Shown in pieces: positions 1 through 13,329 of a DNA stretch of 64,000 nt; the first letter of the stretch is position 1, and each line of letters begins with the position of its first letter. The DNA lies in contig OX597836.1 of assembly GCA_951406725.2 (NCBI GenBank), forward strand, positions 46,624,001 through 46,688,000. The letters run 5' to 3'. This stretch comes from Octopus vulgaris. Taxonomy: Eukaryota. Position numbers and translations under genes: made by a program. The notes below the pieces were generated by a model. That model saw only the letters and a program-made list of their open reading frames with translations, was not told the origin of the DNA and did no database searches.

Positions 1-170
1 GCAGCATTTTGTCTGTCTTCATGTTCTTAGTCCAAATTCCACCAAGGTTGGCTTTGCCTCTCATCCTTTCAGGGTTGATTAAATAATTACTATTTGAGCA
101 CTGGGGGGTCAATGTAATCGACTTACTCTCTCCTCCAAAATTGCTGGCCTTTGTGTCAAAATTTGAAATA
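1..170 (+). mobile_element. SINE family B (tRNA-derived; gcctttcatcctttcggggtcgat core), 5'-truncated by window edge
   Basis: Matches the recurring gttcaaattcc...ttgcctttcatcctttc...gtaatcgact consensus; (AAT)n tail. Confidence 0.8.
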
Positions 171-217
171 ATAATAATAATAATAATAATAATAATTATT
201 ATTATTATTATCATTAT

Positions 218-580
218 TGAGTGAGAGAGCAGTGCATGCCATCAAAGTGACACTGGGGTAAAATATACAAAACCCAGTATACCCATCATGACTACCCGTC
301 TGATAAGGGTACACCAGGCACATGCATCACAACCATATGTGCGTAACATGGTGATCTCATATCAAAATAAACAGCACATGACCTTGCAGGCGGGACCCAG
401 TTAGAATTTTCTTCTGGTTGAATAACCCATCTGGTTCAAAAGGTCCCTGAATAGGGTTTTTTAAGGATGTTTAATGAAAAAAACCCTGTTTCCAGAGGTG
501 AATTACTCAAACCCCAAAGAATCCCTCTCAACACATGGCTGTGATGCTCCCCCACTACTTCTGCTCATGATCAGAGATGT
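218..580 (-). mobile_element. Non-coding interspersed element abutting (TAA)n, partial copy
   Basis: Near-identical to 22215-22580; left end joins a (TTA)n tract. Confidence 0.8.
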
Positions 581-582
581 CC

Positions 583-782
583 AAGCTGGCAGAATCATTA
601 GCATGCTGGGTAAAATGCTTAGCAACATTTTGTCCGTCTTTACATTCTGAATTCAAATTCCACCGAGGTCAACTTTGCCTTTCAGGGTCAATAAAATAAG
701 TACCAGCCTAACACTGGGGTTGATATTATCGACTCATCCCCTCTCCTAAAACTGCTGACCTTGAGGCAAAATTTGAAACCAT
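583..782 (+). mobile_element. SINE family B
   Basis: agctggcagaatc...ttcaaattccaccgaggtcaactttgcc consensus. Confidence 0.8.
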
Positions 783-814
783 TATTATCAGGCCTATCCA
801 AAATGTACATGTCA

Positions 815-1050
815 ATCAGCTGTTGTTGAGTGCAGGATGGATCTGTTGAGGACTTTGTGAATATTGACCCAAAACCCTCCTTTAGCCAGGAAGGGCAGAC
901 AATTTTCGTCTATCTTGTGGTCATGGTGAGAGAGGTTGTCTGGCAGACGTGACTGAAATGATTGAAGACACATATTTTCGTTTTTGGCTAGGCCCTCAAT
1001 TCTTCTGAGTTTCACTTGGAAAGGAAGGTGAGGGTGGACAGGGAAACCAT
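815..1050 (+). pseudogene. Decayed L1/Tx1-like LINE ORF2 C-terminal fragment
   Basis: Interrupted reading VNIDPKPSFSQEGQTIFVYLVVMVREVVWQT...FHLERKVRVDRE resembles the region after zf-RVT in Tx1-type LINEs; recognised from memory, not searched. Confidence 0.45.
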
Positions 1051-1749
1051 TGAATTTTTGAGGGGCTTCCCTTAGTTGGCTCTAAGCAGTTATTCTTCCA
1101 GTTGAGGAGTTTTGTTTGCTGAAATTTTGTTGTTATTTTTTGTTTTTGTTACTTTTTTTTCACAACCTAAATAACGTCTCTCTTTGTTTGGTATTTTTAT
1201 CTGATTTTATTTGAACCCCTGTAACTAATAAAGAAATCATTATTATCATTAATTAATTAAACTATCACACCATTAGAGAATGGATGTTTATACATGCTTG
1301 TATCAAATTCTTGACAATAAACATCCATTCATTTCCTCCTCTCTCTCACCAGAGGCTTTATTTAGCTGTACTTTGGTACAGTCTGATAAAACAGAGCCCT
1401 CCTTTCTATATCTTTCTGCTGGAATATGAAGAAATCAAGTGAAAGGCATCGGTTATTAAAGAAAAATGAAAACTGCTTATTGACAAATGAAGAGATAAAG
1501 TGGTGGGGTTTATCTGATCGAGTCAATGGGGGGTGGCAAGGAGAAGGGCCTGTATTTTGTCACAACAGTTCTGTTCTATTTCTAGAAAAGACAAGTACCT
1601 TCTCCTAAGGCCCTATGAAGAGGTGCAGCAACAACAATGGCAATATTACAGAAATGAGTTCTTACAGAGGTAGAATGTCTGATATTTTGGAGTGAGGGGT
1701 ATATCCGTATCGTATTGTAGTAACCTCAGTACATGACAGATACTTATAT

Positions 1750-1962
1750 TGGTTTCAAATTTTGGTACAAGGCCAGCAATTTTAAGAGAGGGATAAGTCA
1801 ATTACATTGATCCCACTGTTGCACAGGTACTTATTTTATTGACCCTGAAACAATGAAAGGCAAAGTCGAACTTGGTGAAATTTGAACTCAGAACAAAGAC
1901 AGACAAAATGCTGCTAAATATTTTGCCCAGTGTCCTAACAATCTTGCCAGTTCATTGCCTTT
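1750..1962 (-). mobile_element. SINE family B
   Basis: Reverse-complement consensus gaaaggcaaagtcga...tttgaactcagaac. Confidence 0.8.
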
Positions 1963-3074
1963 AAGGTGCTTATTATATCTACACCACTACTTGATAGATG
2001 AGTGACAAATATTTCATTAGTTACCAATTTCAAGTTCAACTCCTGCCCTAGGTACAGTTGAGAAGGGGGTGAGCTCAATCTGGTTGAATATATTTTGATA
2101 CTTGGCATAACTACAAAGTATTCACTGGAGCTGCAATTGATCCAAGATTGCCTCTTTTGTTACCAATGCTGTCAAATATCTCTGGAGAACCTTGCACTGG
2201 CTCTCATCTCATCATCTCATGGGAAATAGTTTCCCTGGGGAATAAAGTACACTTTATTGCTGTCAACGAAGAAAGTAGCTGGTGAATGTAGAGAGAAATC
2301 ATTTCAAGACAATATCATCTGCCTTGCTCTGTCCGGACCCCAATCCAAGCTGGGAGACAAAATGTGGAGGGATAACTAATTGTTGAATTATTCAGATGAG
2401 AAAAGCGAACCATTTCAAAAGTTATTTCAAATGTTTCTAAGAATCAGCCAACAAATACAACCAGCAAAGATGACCGCACAAATACAACCATATACATGTG
2501 TCATGCACCATTGAAGGGATAAACAGGTGGTTTTTTTGTTAAAGGGAACACAGGGCAAAGTTATGTTAAAAATAGAAAACTGGGATCCAAGGAACATTAG
2601 CCCCACTGTCCTTCATGCATCAATGTCATTTACAGATAAGGTTAAACTAAAGTTCTTAGAATCCACTTTTAAAAAAATGATCTGAAGAAAAGACATTTTA
2701 AAGAAATACAGAACATAGCAAATTTCCTCAAATTATTTTTGATGACTTAATATATTTTGGTTTTGTTTTTAATAAATTATTTATAATTGTTTTTTAAATG
2801 CCTTCTTTATCTTATTTCCTATTTTGTGCTTCCAAGGTTTGGCAAGGTTTTCTTCAGCCAAAGTTTACTCCTATAGAAATTGTCTTGAGCTCTCTTGGCC
2901 TTGGCTGCTTTCAAACACAAACTATGACATTATCCTTAAAGCAATATCTCCAACTAAGCAAAAGATATAAGACTTTATGGTGTGTGTGTGTGTGTGTGTG
3001 CATGTGTGTGCTGGATGTGTCAGTTATTTGAGAACAAAACTTTTAAGAACCATGTGTGACTCAAAACTTTAATT

Positions 3075-3965
3075 AAATATCCTCTCTTTTTTTCAGTTCC
3101 AGCAAGGAAGCTTCAAATCCAATATGGACAAATGGAAAGGCAGACCGTTCTTGTTGCCTCAGCCACTGATCATAGTGATTGAGAGGTTGCAATCTTCTGA
3201 AATGTTGCCAAAGCCTTCTTGTTTAAGATGAGAAAAGAGTTCCTGGTTTTTGGTGAAAAGGCGCCTTCCATTGTGAATAGAAAAAGACATTCTCAATGGT
3301 CAGACATTAGCAAAGTTGAGTTTCTCCAGGAAGCTCAGGACATCATCAATAAGAATCCTGGCAATCACTTCCATGTATCGGAGTCAATGGTGAGGTATGT
3401 GGTGCATGAAGACATAAGTACAAATCCTATGTTCTGAGAAGAGGACAACGATTCATAACTGACAAGATCTGAGAGAACTGTGGGATCCGGTCTAAGTGCT
3501 TGTTGAACAAAAAGCAAACACCTTAAGGAGCTCAACAGGCTCTCGACGTTCTCAGACGAGAATTTTGTTGTAAGATCAAAGGGAAATGACAGAGGACTCT
3601 GCACCAGCCCCACCGAAGTCTCCACTGTTATATACACCAACTTGTCATTGTCTGTAATAGTCTTGGGGGAGCAATGAGGGGTCATATCCTGCTGGCTCAT
3701 ATTTACCTGCAATGTCTTAGGATCAATGCAGCAGCCTACACTGAGACAGTGGAGATGGTTGTTGAGCTCTGGATCAAGAGAGTTGCTTGTGGGAGGCCAT
3801 ATGTTTTCCAGCAAGAATCTGCTCTCTCTTACATGGCCTGCATCACCCAGAAGTGGACGGTCAAAAAGTCTTCATGATCATGTTATCCCTAACGTTTAGC
3901 CTTCTACTTCTCCTGATTTAAACACTCTGGGGCATCATTGAGAGGACTTATTAATGCCTGCTACA
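3075..3965 (+). mobile_element. Decayed Tc1/mariner-superfamily transposase remnant
   Basis: Frameshifted motifs TFSDE, LRINAAAY, RPYVFQQESA and PSTSPDLN (cf. YVFQQDSAP / WPPSSPDLNP). Confidence 0.75.
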
Positions 3966-4004
3966 TTATACATACACATATTTGTATGTACATACATATA
4001 TATG

Positions 4005-4094
<90 letters not shown>

Positions 4095-4243
4095 CATTCC
4101 TTGGGTTTGTGACTATGTTTTCATTTCTCATTGTGTTCGACGTTTTTTTTGGTGTCCTGTACCCATATATGCGTGTATATATACATGTAGAGGTAGGTAC
4201 ATACATATATGTATATATATATATGCATATGTTTTATTTATTA

Positions 4244-4298
<55 letters not shown>

Positions 4299-4632
4299 GT
4301 ATACATATGTAGCTTTAAAGAGAAAAAAAGGCAAATTTACAAATGTTGTTTGATATTTCAGATTTCCTATCTTTCCTTCTTGAAGTAAAGAATAAAAAAA
4401 GTTTCCGCATAACAACATGCACATATATGCATGCAGCGTTCACATATGATATATTCATATACATATTCATATGCATGCAGACACAGGCACACATACACAT
4501 ATATACACAAATGCATATTACACTGCAAAAACAACTGACGTGTGTTTGTATGTAAATTTATGTACAATAGAGTCTGATGTACAAGATGATAATTTGAATG
4601 CTGACAGAATAATACAGACATTGCTAGAAATA

Positions 4633-5201
4633 TTGGGTTGTCCGGAAAGTTTGTGCCAATTTATAGTAGCTTACCTTTCGACTTATTTTAGAACATGGTT
4701 GAGTCCATAAAATAGGATTTGACTACAACTCCATTTAGAGCACAGTTTAAGCTATCTTTTCGTGGAAGAAGGTTTATGTTCCTATAACCTATTTTAATTC
4801 TGTAACCCTTTAAAATGGTAGATAAGAAAGTTCATGTTCGGCACTTGATGCTTTTTGGGAACCAGACAAAATTTGCTGCAGCTCGGCTGGGATGTGTTAC
4901 CCCAGCCTCCATATTCATCAGATATTACTCCTTCAGATTTCCAATTATTCAAGTCTCTGCAGAATAGTCTTAATGGTAAAAATTTCAATTCAATGGATGA
5001 CATAAAAAGATACCTTGATGAATTCTTTGCCATGAAACCACATCAATTCTGGGAAGGGGGTATTTTCAAGTTAAAGGAAAGATGGAGATGCATTGAGCAA
5101 CAAAATGGTTCATATTTGGTTGATTAAAAATGTAATGGCAAGTATTTATTGACCTTTCTTCTTTCCTTTAAAAATGGGCAGGAACTTTCCAGACAACCCA
5201 A
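4633..5201 (+). mobile_element. Internally deleted mariner element
   Basis: TIRs ttgggttgtccggaaagtt / aactttccagacaacccaa, TA flanks; ORF 4855-5127 LGWDVLPQPPYSSDITPSDFQLFKSLQN is the mariner C-terminal catalytic region. Confidence 0.92.
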
Positions 5202-5504
5202 TATTTAGATTTTCACCATTATGTTGATGATATCAACACCAGGGTACACAGGTTCTAAATACTCAATTACTTGAACCATATCTTAAGATTATCTCTTTTA
5301 TTAATTACTGGTAGGATCATTGTATTTCGTTATATAACCATAACAAACTACCAAGTATATAAAATGCTCATAAGTCAATATTGTGTTCTACCTGTGTTAG
5401 CAATGGGACTCAATCACTTTTTTAAGTTGTCTCTACTGATTGTCTATAGAAATTCAGACCAGCACTAAAAGTTATGAAGTTTACATCATCATCATCATTT
5501 AACA

Positions 5505-5832
5505 TCTCCGTGCCGGTGGCACGTAAAACACACCATTCGAGCGTGACCGTTATCAGCATCGCCTTACTGGCACCTGTGCCGGTGGCATGTGTAAAAAGAT
5601 TCGAGTGAGGTCGTTGCCAGTACTGCCTGACTGGCCCCATGCCGGTGGCACATAAGAAGCACCCACTACACTCTTAGAGTGGTTGGTGTTAGGAAGGGCA
5701 TCCAGCTGTAGAAACTCTGCCAGATCAAGATTGGAGCTTGGTGCAGCCATCTGGTTCGCCAACCCTCAGTCAAAATTGTCCAACCCATGCTAGCATGGAA
5801 AGTGGACGTTAAACAATGATGACGATGATGAT
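5505..5832 (+). mobile_element. (GAT)n-tailed retroposon family (RTE-type tail)
   Basis: ccactacactc...ttaggaagggcatccagctgtagaaactc...catggaaagtggacgttaaac followed by (gat)n. Confidence 0.75.
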
Positions 5833-5834
5833 GT

Positions 5835-6095
5835 TTATGCTGGCATGGACTGGACAGTTTGACCACGGCTGCTAAGCTGAAGGGCTGCACCAGGCTTCAG
5901 TCTGATTTGGCATGATTTCTCCAGTGAATGCCCTTCCTAATGCCAACCACTCCAAGAGAGTAATGGGTGCTTTTATGTGCTGCTGGCACAGGTGCCATTT
6001 GCATGACACCAGTATCTGCCATGACCATGATTTCCCTTGGCTTCATGGGTCTTCTACTGACCACGGCGCATTGCCAAAGGTGTTGGTCATTTGTT
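5835..6095 (-). mobile_element. (GAT)n-tailed retroposon family, diverged copy
   Basis: Reverse-complement gcccttcctaatgccaaccactcc motif. Confidence 0.65.
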
Positions 6096-6351
6096 ATTGT
6101 CACCAACTGCTTTGTTTACCAAGATGTATTCATATCCAAAATATCTCAACATTCAGTGCTGGCTCTAAATTCTATACAACATCTGTTGAGATAACTCAGA
6201 AAGTGATTATGTCTTTTTTTGATTTTCTGCATTTCAGACTATCAACTTGTACATAGATAACTATACATACATATATATATATATATATATATTATATGCA
6301 CACATATATGTACACATAAACATGGTAGCCCAAAAGTCATGCTACCATATC

Positions 6352-6664
<313 letters not shown>

Positions 6665-6904
6665 TGCTCACATACATACACACTCATATATATTGGGTAT
6701 TATGCACAAGTATACATACGTCTATGTTACAAAACACACAAGAGGACCATAACAGAGGGAATGAAAGGATATTTGGCAAGTCAACATAGAGGAACTGATG
6801 TAATCAATAGCTTCAGTTTCTATCCTCCCCCCCTCTACATTGTAAACTGAATTATTATTATTTTTTTTTTTTTGTTGTTGTTTCCTCTCGGACTGATTAC
6901 TTAC

Positions 6905-7015
6905 AAGTCAACACTAACAGAACGCTGACGCTGGCTACCGTTACTGGCATCAGTCCTCTCTTTGTGACTGAATCTGCGCGACAAGCGGGAAAAACTACTA
7001 CTACTGCTTTGGAAC
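6905..7015 (-). CDS. Candidate host exon (111 nt); ATG at 6950 gives MPVTVASVSVLLVLT, signal-peptide-like, followed by a phase-1 intron
   Basis: Acceptor CCTTTGTTCTTCCAG| and donor |GTAAGT on the minus strand; non-repetitive, GC-richer than its flanks; open frame throughout. Confidence 0.55.
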
Positions 7016-7146
7016 CTGGAAGAACAAAGGTTATTTTAATAATTGTTTTTTTTAAGGGGTTAAAGATGGTCAAAAGCATTTAGAACAGCAAACGGAACAA
7101 AAACACAGACATATATATATTTAAACAAACATATATACATATATAA

Positions 7147-7182
<36 letters not shown>

Positions 7183-7184
<2 letters not shown>

Positions 7185-7436
7185 ACAATAAAAGGGTAAA
7201 ACTAATTAATTATTAATTAATTTTACCAAGTAGTGTTCAGTATGTAAAATGGCCATTTACGGTATATTTAAAACATTACGTTATATAATTAGGGTTCAGT
7301 AAAATAATTTACTTTACCACACACCGAACTTTTAGAAATAGCAGCCAAAAAATCTTAGCTATTTCTTCTACTATAGTAGAAGAAATAGCTAAGATTTTTT
7401 GGCTGCTATTTCTAAATTATATAACATTATGTTTTA
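7183..7436. mobile_element. (TA)n-embedded structured element with perfect 86-bp palindrome (7331-7416)
   Basis: AGG-hairpin...AGG-hairpin...GAAATAGCAGCC architecture; (TA)n on both sides. Confidence 0.7.
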
Positions 7437-7731
7437 TATATATATATATAATAAAAATAGGGATCCAAAGAATCAAACAGAGCTCGTATTAAGTTCTCTG
7501 ACAAAGGTATGACTAACAAGAAAGACTGTGATTAATCAAGGTTAAGATACGCTCTAGTGTTATTCTGCAAATCCAAGAATTACAATGGTAGAGAATATGT
7601 ATAAACACTGAACAGAGAAGAGAAGTGAAGTGAGAGAATAGACACTTATTCCATTATTTTACAGCTGTTTCATAGTTATATAACGGACATTACATTGCCA
7701 TTTACATGTTTATAAATGTATGTATGAATAT

Positions 7732-7949
7732 CCGAAGGGGTGCTGAAAAGTTCTGGACTTTAAGGGTCTTGTGAAATGCCTGGTTAGAGGCCCAACCCTC
7801 TGAGTTATTTTACAGGACCTACTTAAACTGAAGGGACACTGCAATAGGTGTGTAAATCTGAGAGAGGAATATGTTGAATAAAATCATAATTAACTGATCC
7901 TCCTGTATTTTCTTTAACCCAAAGCCAGGAACTTTTCAACACATCCTAG
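7732..7949. mobile_element. Mariner-type MITE
   Basis: Degenerate TIRs cgaaggggtgctgaaaagttctgg / ccaggaacttttcaacacatcctag. Confidence 0.7.
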
Positions 7950-9007
7950 TATATGTACACCCATACATATAAATTTGCTGAAATGTAACTAAACAATCAT
8001 TTTCAGAATGTTTTATGAACTATCATGAAGCTCTCTGACGATTAGTCTGTTAAATTACAGCAAATTTATATCTATATTATATGTATGGGTGTAGGTATAT
8101 ATTTGTATATGTGTGAATGGTCATGCAATGTCTATTATATGACTAACATGATTATGAAACAGCTGTAAGCTAAGAGCATAAATATATATTCTCTGACATC
8201 ATATCTCTTATTTGTTGCAAAGGAATGCAAGTACTGGTATCACACTTATTATTCCTTGGTTACAGCTGTTTCAACAATGTACATGTCAAATACATCATTC
8301 AACAAGTTGGAAAACATGAATATAAGCAATGATTATGTAATATTGAGTATATAACATAACACCCATAGTCATTTCATCCATGACTGGATGAATAAATTTC
8401 TGAGAAAAACATAGATGTATCCATCTATATGTAGAGACAGACAATCTGGTGGGAGGGGGTTCATATTCTTGTAGGAAGAAGGTCTGTTATAAAAGAAAGG
8501 GGATAGATGATAGTTTTTCTGTATCAATTGATGAAATCAATTTTGAAGTTGGATTTATCAATTAGTCTAGATATTCAAACAGCTGTCAGGTTGAGAAAGC
8601 AAAACAATATTAAAATCTGTGCATTAATGTCATAAATCAACAGGGATGGCCATTTCTTGAGTGGCTTGAAAGAAATCCTTCATGAACAGAGAGAGAACAA
8701 AGAGGTACTCAATATATAAATAAACACACACACACAAAATAACACAAATGGGCTGAGGTTCACTACAGTTGTTTCAGACGTTTTTTTTTTTTTATTGATG
8801 AGCAACTCAATCACATCGTGTAACAAAAAATAAAAATAAAAAACGTTTTCTTCTGGCAAATTAATGTATAACTGGAAAGACAAATCTGTGTATACCCTAG
8901 CAAATACGTGATGTCCATACAAACTGTTGATACATGGGTATGCTATCCTTGACTCTATCACGGTGTCCCTATAATCAAAATACCTCAATTCTATTGGATC
9001 TTGAAAA

Positions 9008-9042
<35 letters not shown>

Positions 9043-9048
<6 letters not shown>

Positions 9049-9353
9049 TTAAATAAGGGTAGAAATTGATATTAATCAATTAAAACCAGTGGCTTAGCAT
9101 ATTTTAAAAAATCCAAAGATTAAAAATTTTTTTACAAACAAAATTTAGAGGACTGACCACTAAAAGTGGACAGCCTGAATGCTAGATATAGACGTCAAAA
9201 TCGCCATTTTGCACAAAGAATGTTTTCTCAAGAAAAAATTCAGCAAAAAACCATGAATTTTTCTTGAGAACACATTCTTCGTGGAAAATGGCGATTTTGA
9301 CGTCTATATCTAGCATACAGGCTGTCCACTTTTAGTGGTCAGTCCTCTAAATT

Positions 9354-9356
<3 letters not shown>
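9043..9356. mobile_element. (TA)n-embedded structured element with ~215-bp fold-back (9140-9355)
   Basis: Inverted arms of ~100 bp; conserved AGG-P1-AGTGGC-P2 architecture. Confidence 0.75.
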
Positions 9357-9424
<68 letters not shown>

Positions 9425-9426
<2 letters not shown>

Positions 9427-9595
9427 AGGATAAGATGGTTAATTTAAATATCGATCTTATCAAGTGGCCCAGCATGGGGATAAAAACCTTCAAAGGTAAT
9501 AATTATTATTAAAATTATAATTTAGGGTATCTAAGAGATACCACCATGCTGGAAATAGCAGCAAAAACCTGACTCTATAACCACATTAAGTTTTA
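9425..9595. mobile_element. (TA)n-embedded structured element without fold-back
   Basis: Stems GATAAGAT/ATCTTATC, CCAGCATGG/CCATGCTGG, ACCTT/AAGGT and GGTATC/GATACC, then AAATAGCAGC. Confidence 0.7.
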
Positions 9596-9706
9596 TATAT
9601 ATTATATATTTTATATATATTATATATATATATATATATGTTTGTATACACACATACACACACACATACACAGAGGAAAATAAGAGATGACAAAGGAAAA
9701 AAGTTA

Positions 9707-9858
9707 TGAACTTCATTAGCTTACATCTGTTTCTGGTGGACTCTTAGTTGAGTGCCTGAATAACACCTTATAGCTTCATCAGAGCCTTGAATATGAAGCA
9801 CTTCATATGAGTCTACTGCACCTTGTAGCAGAAACAGCTGTAGGCTGATGAAGTTCAA
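9707..9858. ncRNA. Inverted repeat containing a type I hammerhead-like motif (minus strand, 9782-9722)
   Basis: Minus strand CUGAUGA...GAAACAGAUGUA; plus arm GAAACAGCUGUA. Confidence 0.45.
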
Positions 9859-9954
9859 AATATAATTGTTTTGTTTTTTTTTCTCATCTCATTTTTTTAT
9901 TACCACTCAAAACTCATCTAACACCTCTTTCTGAAGTATACATACATTGAGCTT

Positions 9955-10210
9955 TACTCCAACTTATTAGTCTTGCAATGCTTAAGTTACAGGGACATAA
10001 ACACAACAACAAAGACACACAAATACATACATGTATATATATCTACGGCAGGCTTCTTTCAGTTTCCTTCTACCAAATCCACTCTCAAGGCTTTGGTCAG
10101 CCCAAAGCTATAGTAGAAGACACTTGCCAAAAGTGCCATGCAGTGGGACTGAACCCAGAACCATGTGGTTTAGAAGTGAGTTTCTTACCACACAGCCACT
10201 CCTGCGCCTA
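9955..10210 (-). mobile_element. SINE family A (tRNA head ggcgcaggagtggctgtgtggtaag, CORE-like accttgggcaagtg)
   Basis: Matches the family consensus seen more than 15 times in the window. Confidence 0.85.
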
Positions 10211-10228
10211 TATATATGTCTATATATA

Positions 10229-11491
10229 TTAGGTTGTCCAGAAAGTTCTAAGTGTTTTTAAGCTAAATCTTTTGACACTTCATTGAACACATCTGAAACG
10301 TAACACAGTTAAAACTTTGGCGTTGCTTGAAGTGGTAGTGTATCTCTTCTTTGTTCCTGACTAAAAATGGATTTATCTTTCAATTCGGTTTCCCTTTATT
10401 GACATTTGAAATGGATAACCAAAAATTTCATTTTCGCCTTGTAATGCTTTTCCTTTTTTTAAAACGGAGAAAATGCTGCAAAGACTTGCAAAGACATTCG
10501 TGAAGTTCATGGTGAGGATGATGCTGCAGGTGAATCAATTGTTAAAAGGTGGTTTGCAAAATTTGAAGTTGGCGAGGTTTGCTTGGAAAATGACATCGCA
10601 GTGGAAGACGTTCAGAATTGGATGAAGATGTTTTGAAGGCAAAGAATCGAAGAAAACTCAAATATCATAACTAGAGAACTTGCAGAGGAGTTGGAAGTTT
10701 CTAAAAGTATGGCTCATGAACACCCAGTGAAGTTAGGATACACTTCTCACAATAACGTATGGGTCCCTCACAAACTCTCAGAAAAGAATTGCTTGGACTG
10801 GTTTTCCATTTGTAATATGCTTTTGAAACGGAATGAAAGCATACCTTTTTTGGAACAACTTGTGACTGGAGATGAAAAATGGATTGTGTACAAAAACGTA
10901 GTGCAAAAAAGGATCCTGGAGTTTGTGTAAGGATCTCCAAAACAGCAACCAAGGATAAATATCCATGCCAAAAAGTTATGCTCTGTGTCTGGTGGGATCT
11001 TAAAGGCATCATTTATTATGAGATTCTTCCATAAAACCAGACCATTAATTCTGATATTTACTTCGGTCAGCTGGCTTAATTGGAACCAAAAAAAACAAAG
11101 AATTGAGGCTGGAGATTGCCAGTGTTCCAATAAGACAATGCCCAACCACAAATATCTTTGGCAACCCGAACAAAGTTACATGAACTTGGCTGGGATCTCT
11201 TACCCCATCCATCATATTCTCCTGATATTGCACCATCCGATGACCACTTGTTTTTGTCTCTACAAAACTCATTGCAAGGAAAAACATTTAACTATTTAGA
11301 TGAAGTCAAAATGCATGTAGATAACTTTTTTCTTCAAAACCAGTCAAATTTTATGCTGATGGAATATTTAAATTGCCTGGGCAAAGGTTATTAATAATAA
11401 ATTGTTTCATTGAATAAAATTTATTGGAAGGCCAATTATTTATATCATTTTTGCATATTAAAAAATGCTCAGAACTTTCCAGACAACCTTA
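10229..11491 (+). mobile_element. Near full-length decayed mariner transposon (~1.26 kb)
   Basis: TIRs ttaggttgtccagaaagttct / agaactttccagacaacctta in TA context; frameshifted WVPHKL, LVTGDEKWIVY and LPHPSYSPDIAPSD. Confidence 0.93.
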
Positions 11492-12446
11492 TATATATGA
11501 TAATAAATCTTCTAAGATTTATTATTGCGTGTTTACACTTTTTCAATATCAGTGTCTTTACGATACTGGAAAAAGTATATGTATTTGTGAAGGGAACCTA
11601 CTTTTCATCAACAACTGTGATTGTCACACGCCGATGACAGGTCAATACCCAGAAACTCAAGTCCGTGTGTATCATAAGTTGGAAACGGAAAGGATGGCTT
11701 CCCTTTGCAAATACTGATAGGGCACAGAAAGTGTGTCTATAGCTAGCTGGAGGAGGTGTCCTCCAGGGGCTACAAACTACAGTAGCATCCACTCTTAGGG
11801 GTTAGCCATATTTAAATGGCAAATATACACCTTATATATATAAACATATATATATGTGTGTGTAAACAAAGTATAGCTTTTGTACCAAGCATGTTATATT
11901 GAAATCATGATTATGTTCAAGTTTTTTTTCATTGATTTCTTTATTCCATATTTTCTTATTATATTTGGTCTTAAACAAAAAAGTTCCCAAATCCATTAAT
12001 CTCATGTGTCTAAGACCTTGATGTTCTCATTTTCTAATTAAAATGGTGGAAAGTTGCAAAGGACCCAGGAAATAATTTTATAACACATAAAATCCTCAAC
12101 AGTAAATCAAGCTAGAGTACATGATACTTTTTTCTTTTATTTTTATTTGTTTCAGTCACTGGAATATGGCCAGGCTGGGGCACAACCTTGAAGAATTTTT
12201 GGTTGAATAAACGAACCCCAGTGCTTTTTTAAATTGTTTTTATAAAGCCTGGTCCTTATTCTATTCACAGAACCCCACCACCTCCTCCTCCCATGTTTCT
12301 ATGATGGACTTCCCTGTTCAGAATGATGGAACAAACAACAGCAACAACATATGTATGTATATATGCAGGTGTCTGTGTGTCTTTGTGTCCATGTTTGTCC
12401 CCCACATCACTACCTCACAACTGGTGTTGGCGTGTTTGTGTACACT

Positions 12447-12852
12447 TTTACTCTCTTTACTCTTTCTCTTTTACCTGTTTCAGTCATTTGACTGTGGCCA
12501 TGCTGGAGCACCGCCTTTAGTCAAGCAAATCGACCCCAGGATTTATTCTTTGTAAGCCTTGTACTTATTCTATCTGTCTCTTTTGCCGAACTGCTAAGTT
12601 ACGGGGGACATAAACACACTAACATCGGTTGTCAAGCGATGTTGGGAGATAAACACAGACACACAAACACACACACACAAACACAAGCACACACACACAC
12701 ACGTATACATACATATACATATATACGATGGGCTTCTTTCAGTTTCCGTCTACCAAATCCACTCACAGGGCTTTGGTCGGCCCGAGGCTATAGTAGAAGA
12801 CACTTGCCCAAGGTGCCACACAGTGGGACTGAATGTAGGACCATGTGGTTGG
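12447..12852 (-). mobile_element. SINE family A nested inside an older plus-strand family A tail (12370-13015)
   Basis: Host SINE sequence resumes at ~12855 (gtaacttagcagttcgg). Confidence 0.85.
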
Positions 12853-13329
12853 TCCCAGTAACTTAGCAGTTCGGTAAAAGAGACGACAGAATAAGTACTT
12901 GGCTATAAATAATAAACCCTGGGTCAATTTGGTCGACTAAAACTCTTCAAAGCAGTGGCCCAGTATGGCCACCATCATATGACCGAAACAAGTAAAAGAA
13001 TAAAAGAATAAAAGAATATGAATTTAGATTTACAAGAGAAAATAACAGAGTAGTACTCAATACATGTGAAGTTTATTCAAAGCTGAAGCCATTGCTCCCG
13101 AGTTACCGTTTTCCTCAGAGTAAGAACTAACTCATTAGAAGAACAACGTTCAGCATAGGTTAATTAAGTTCTCTGACCGCCCCACCTCCGCCTCCACACC
13201 CACCCCACCTTCTGTTGCCTTTTAATTTAAACAGACAAAAAACAACATCAAATATTCATTGTTTTCGAAATCCTAAACAAAATCTCTTTGATTAACTTCA
13301 AAGATATTTCTGTTTATTTCAGTAAATTC

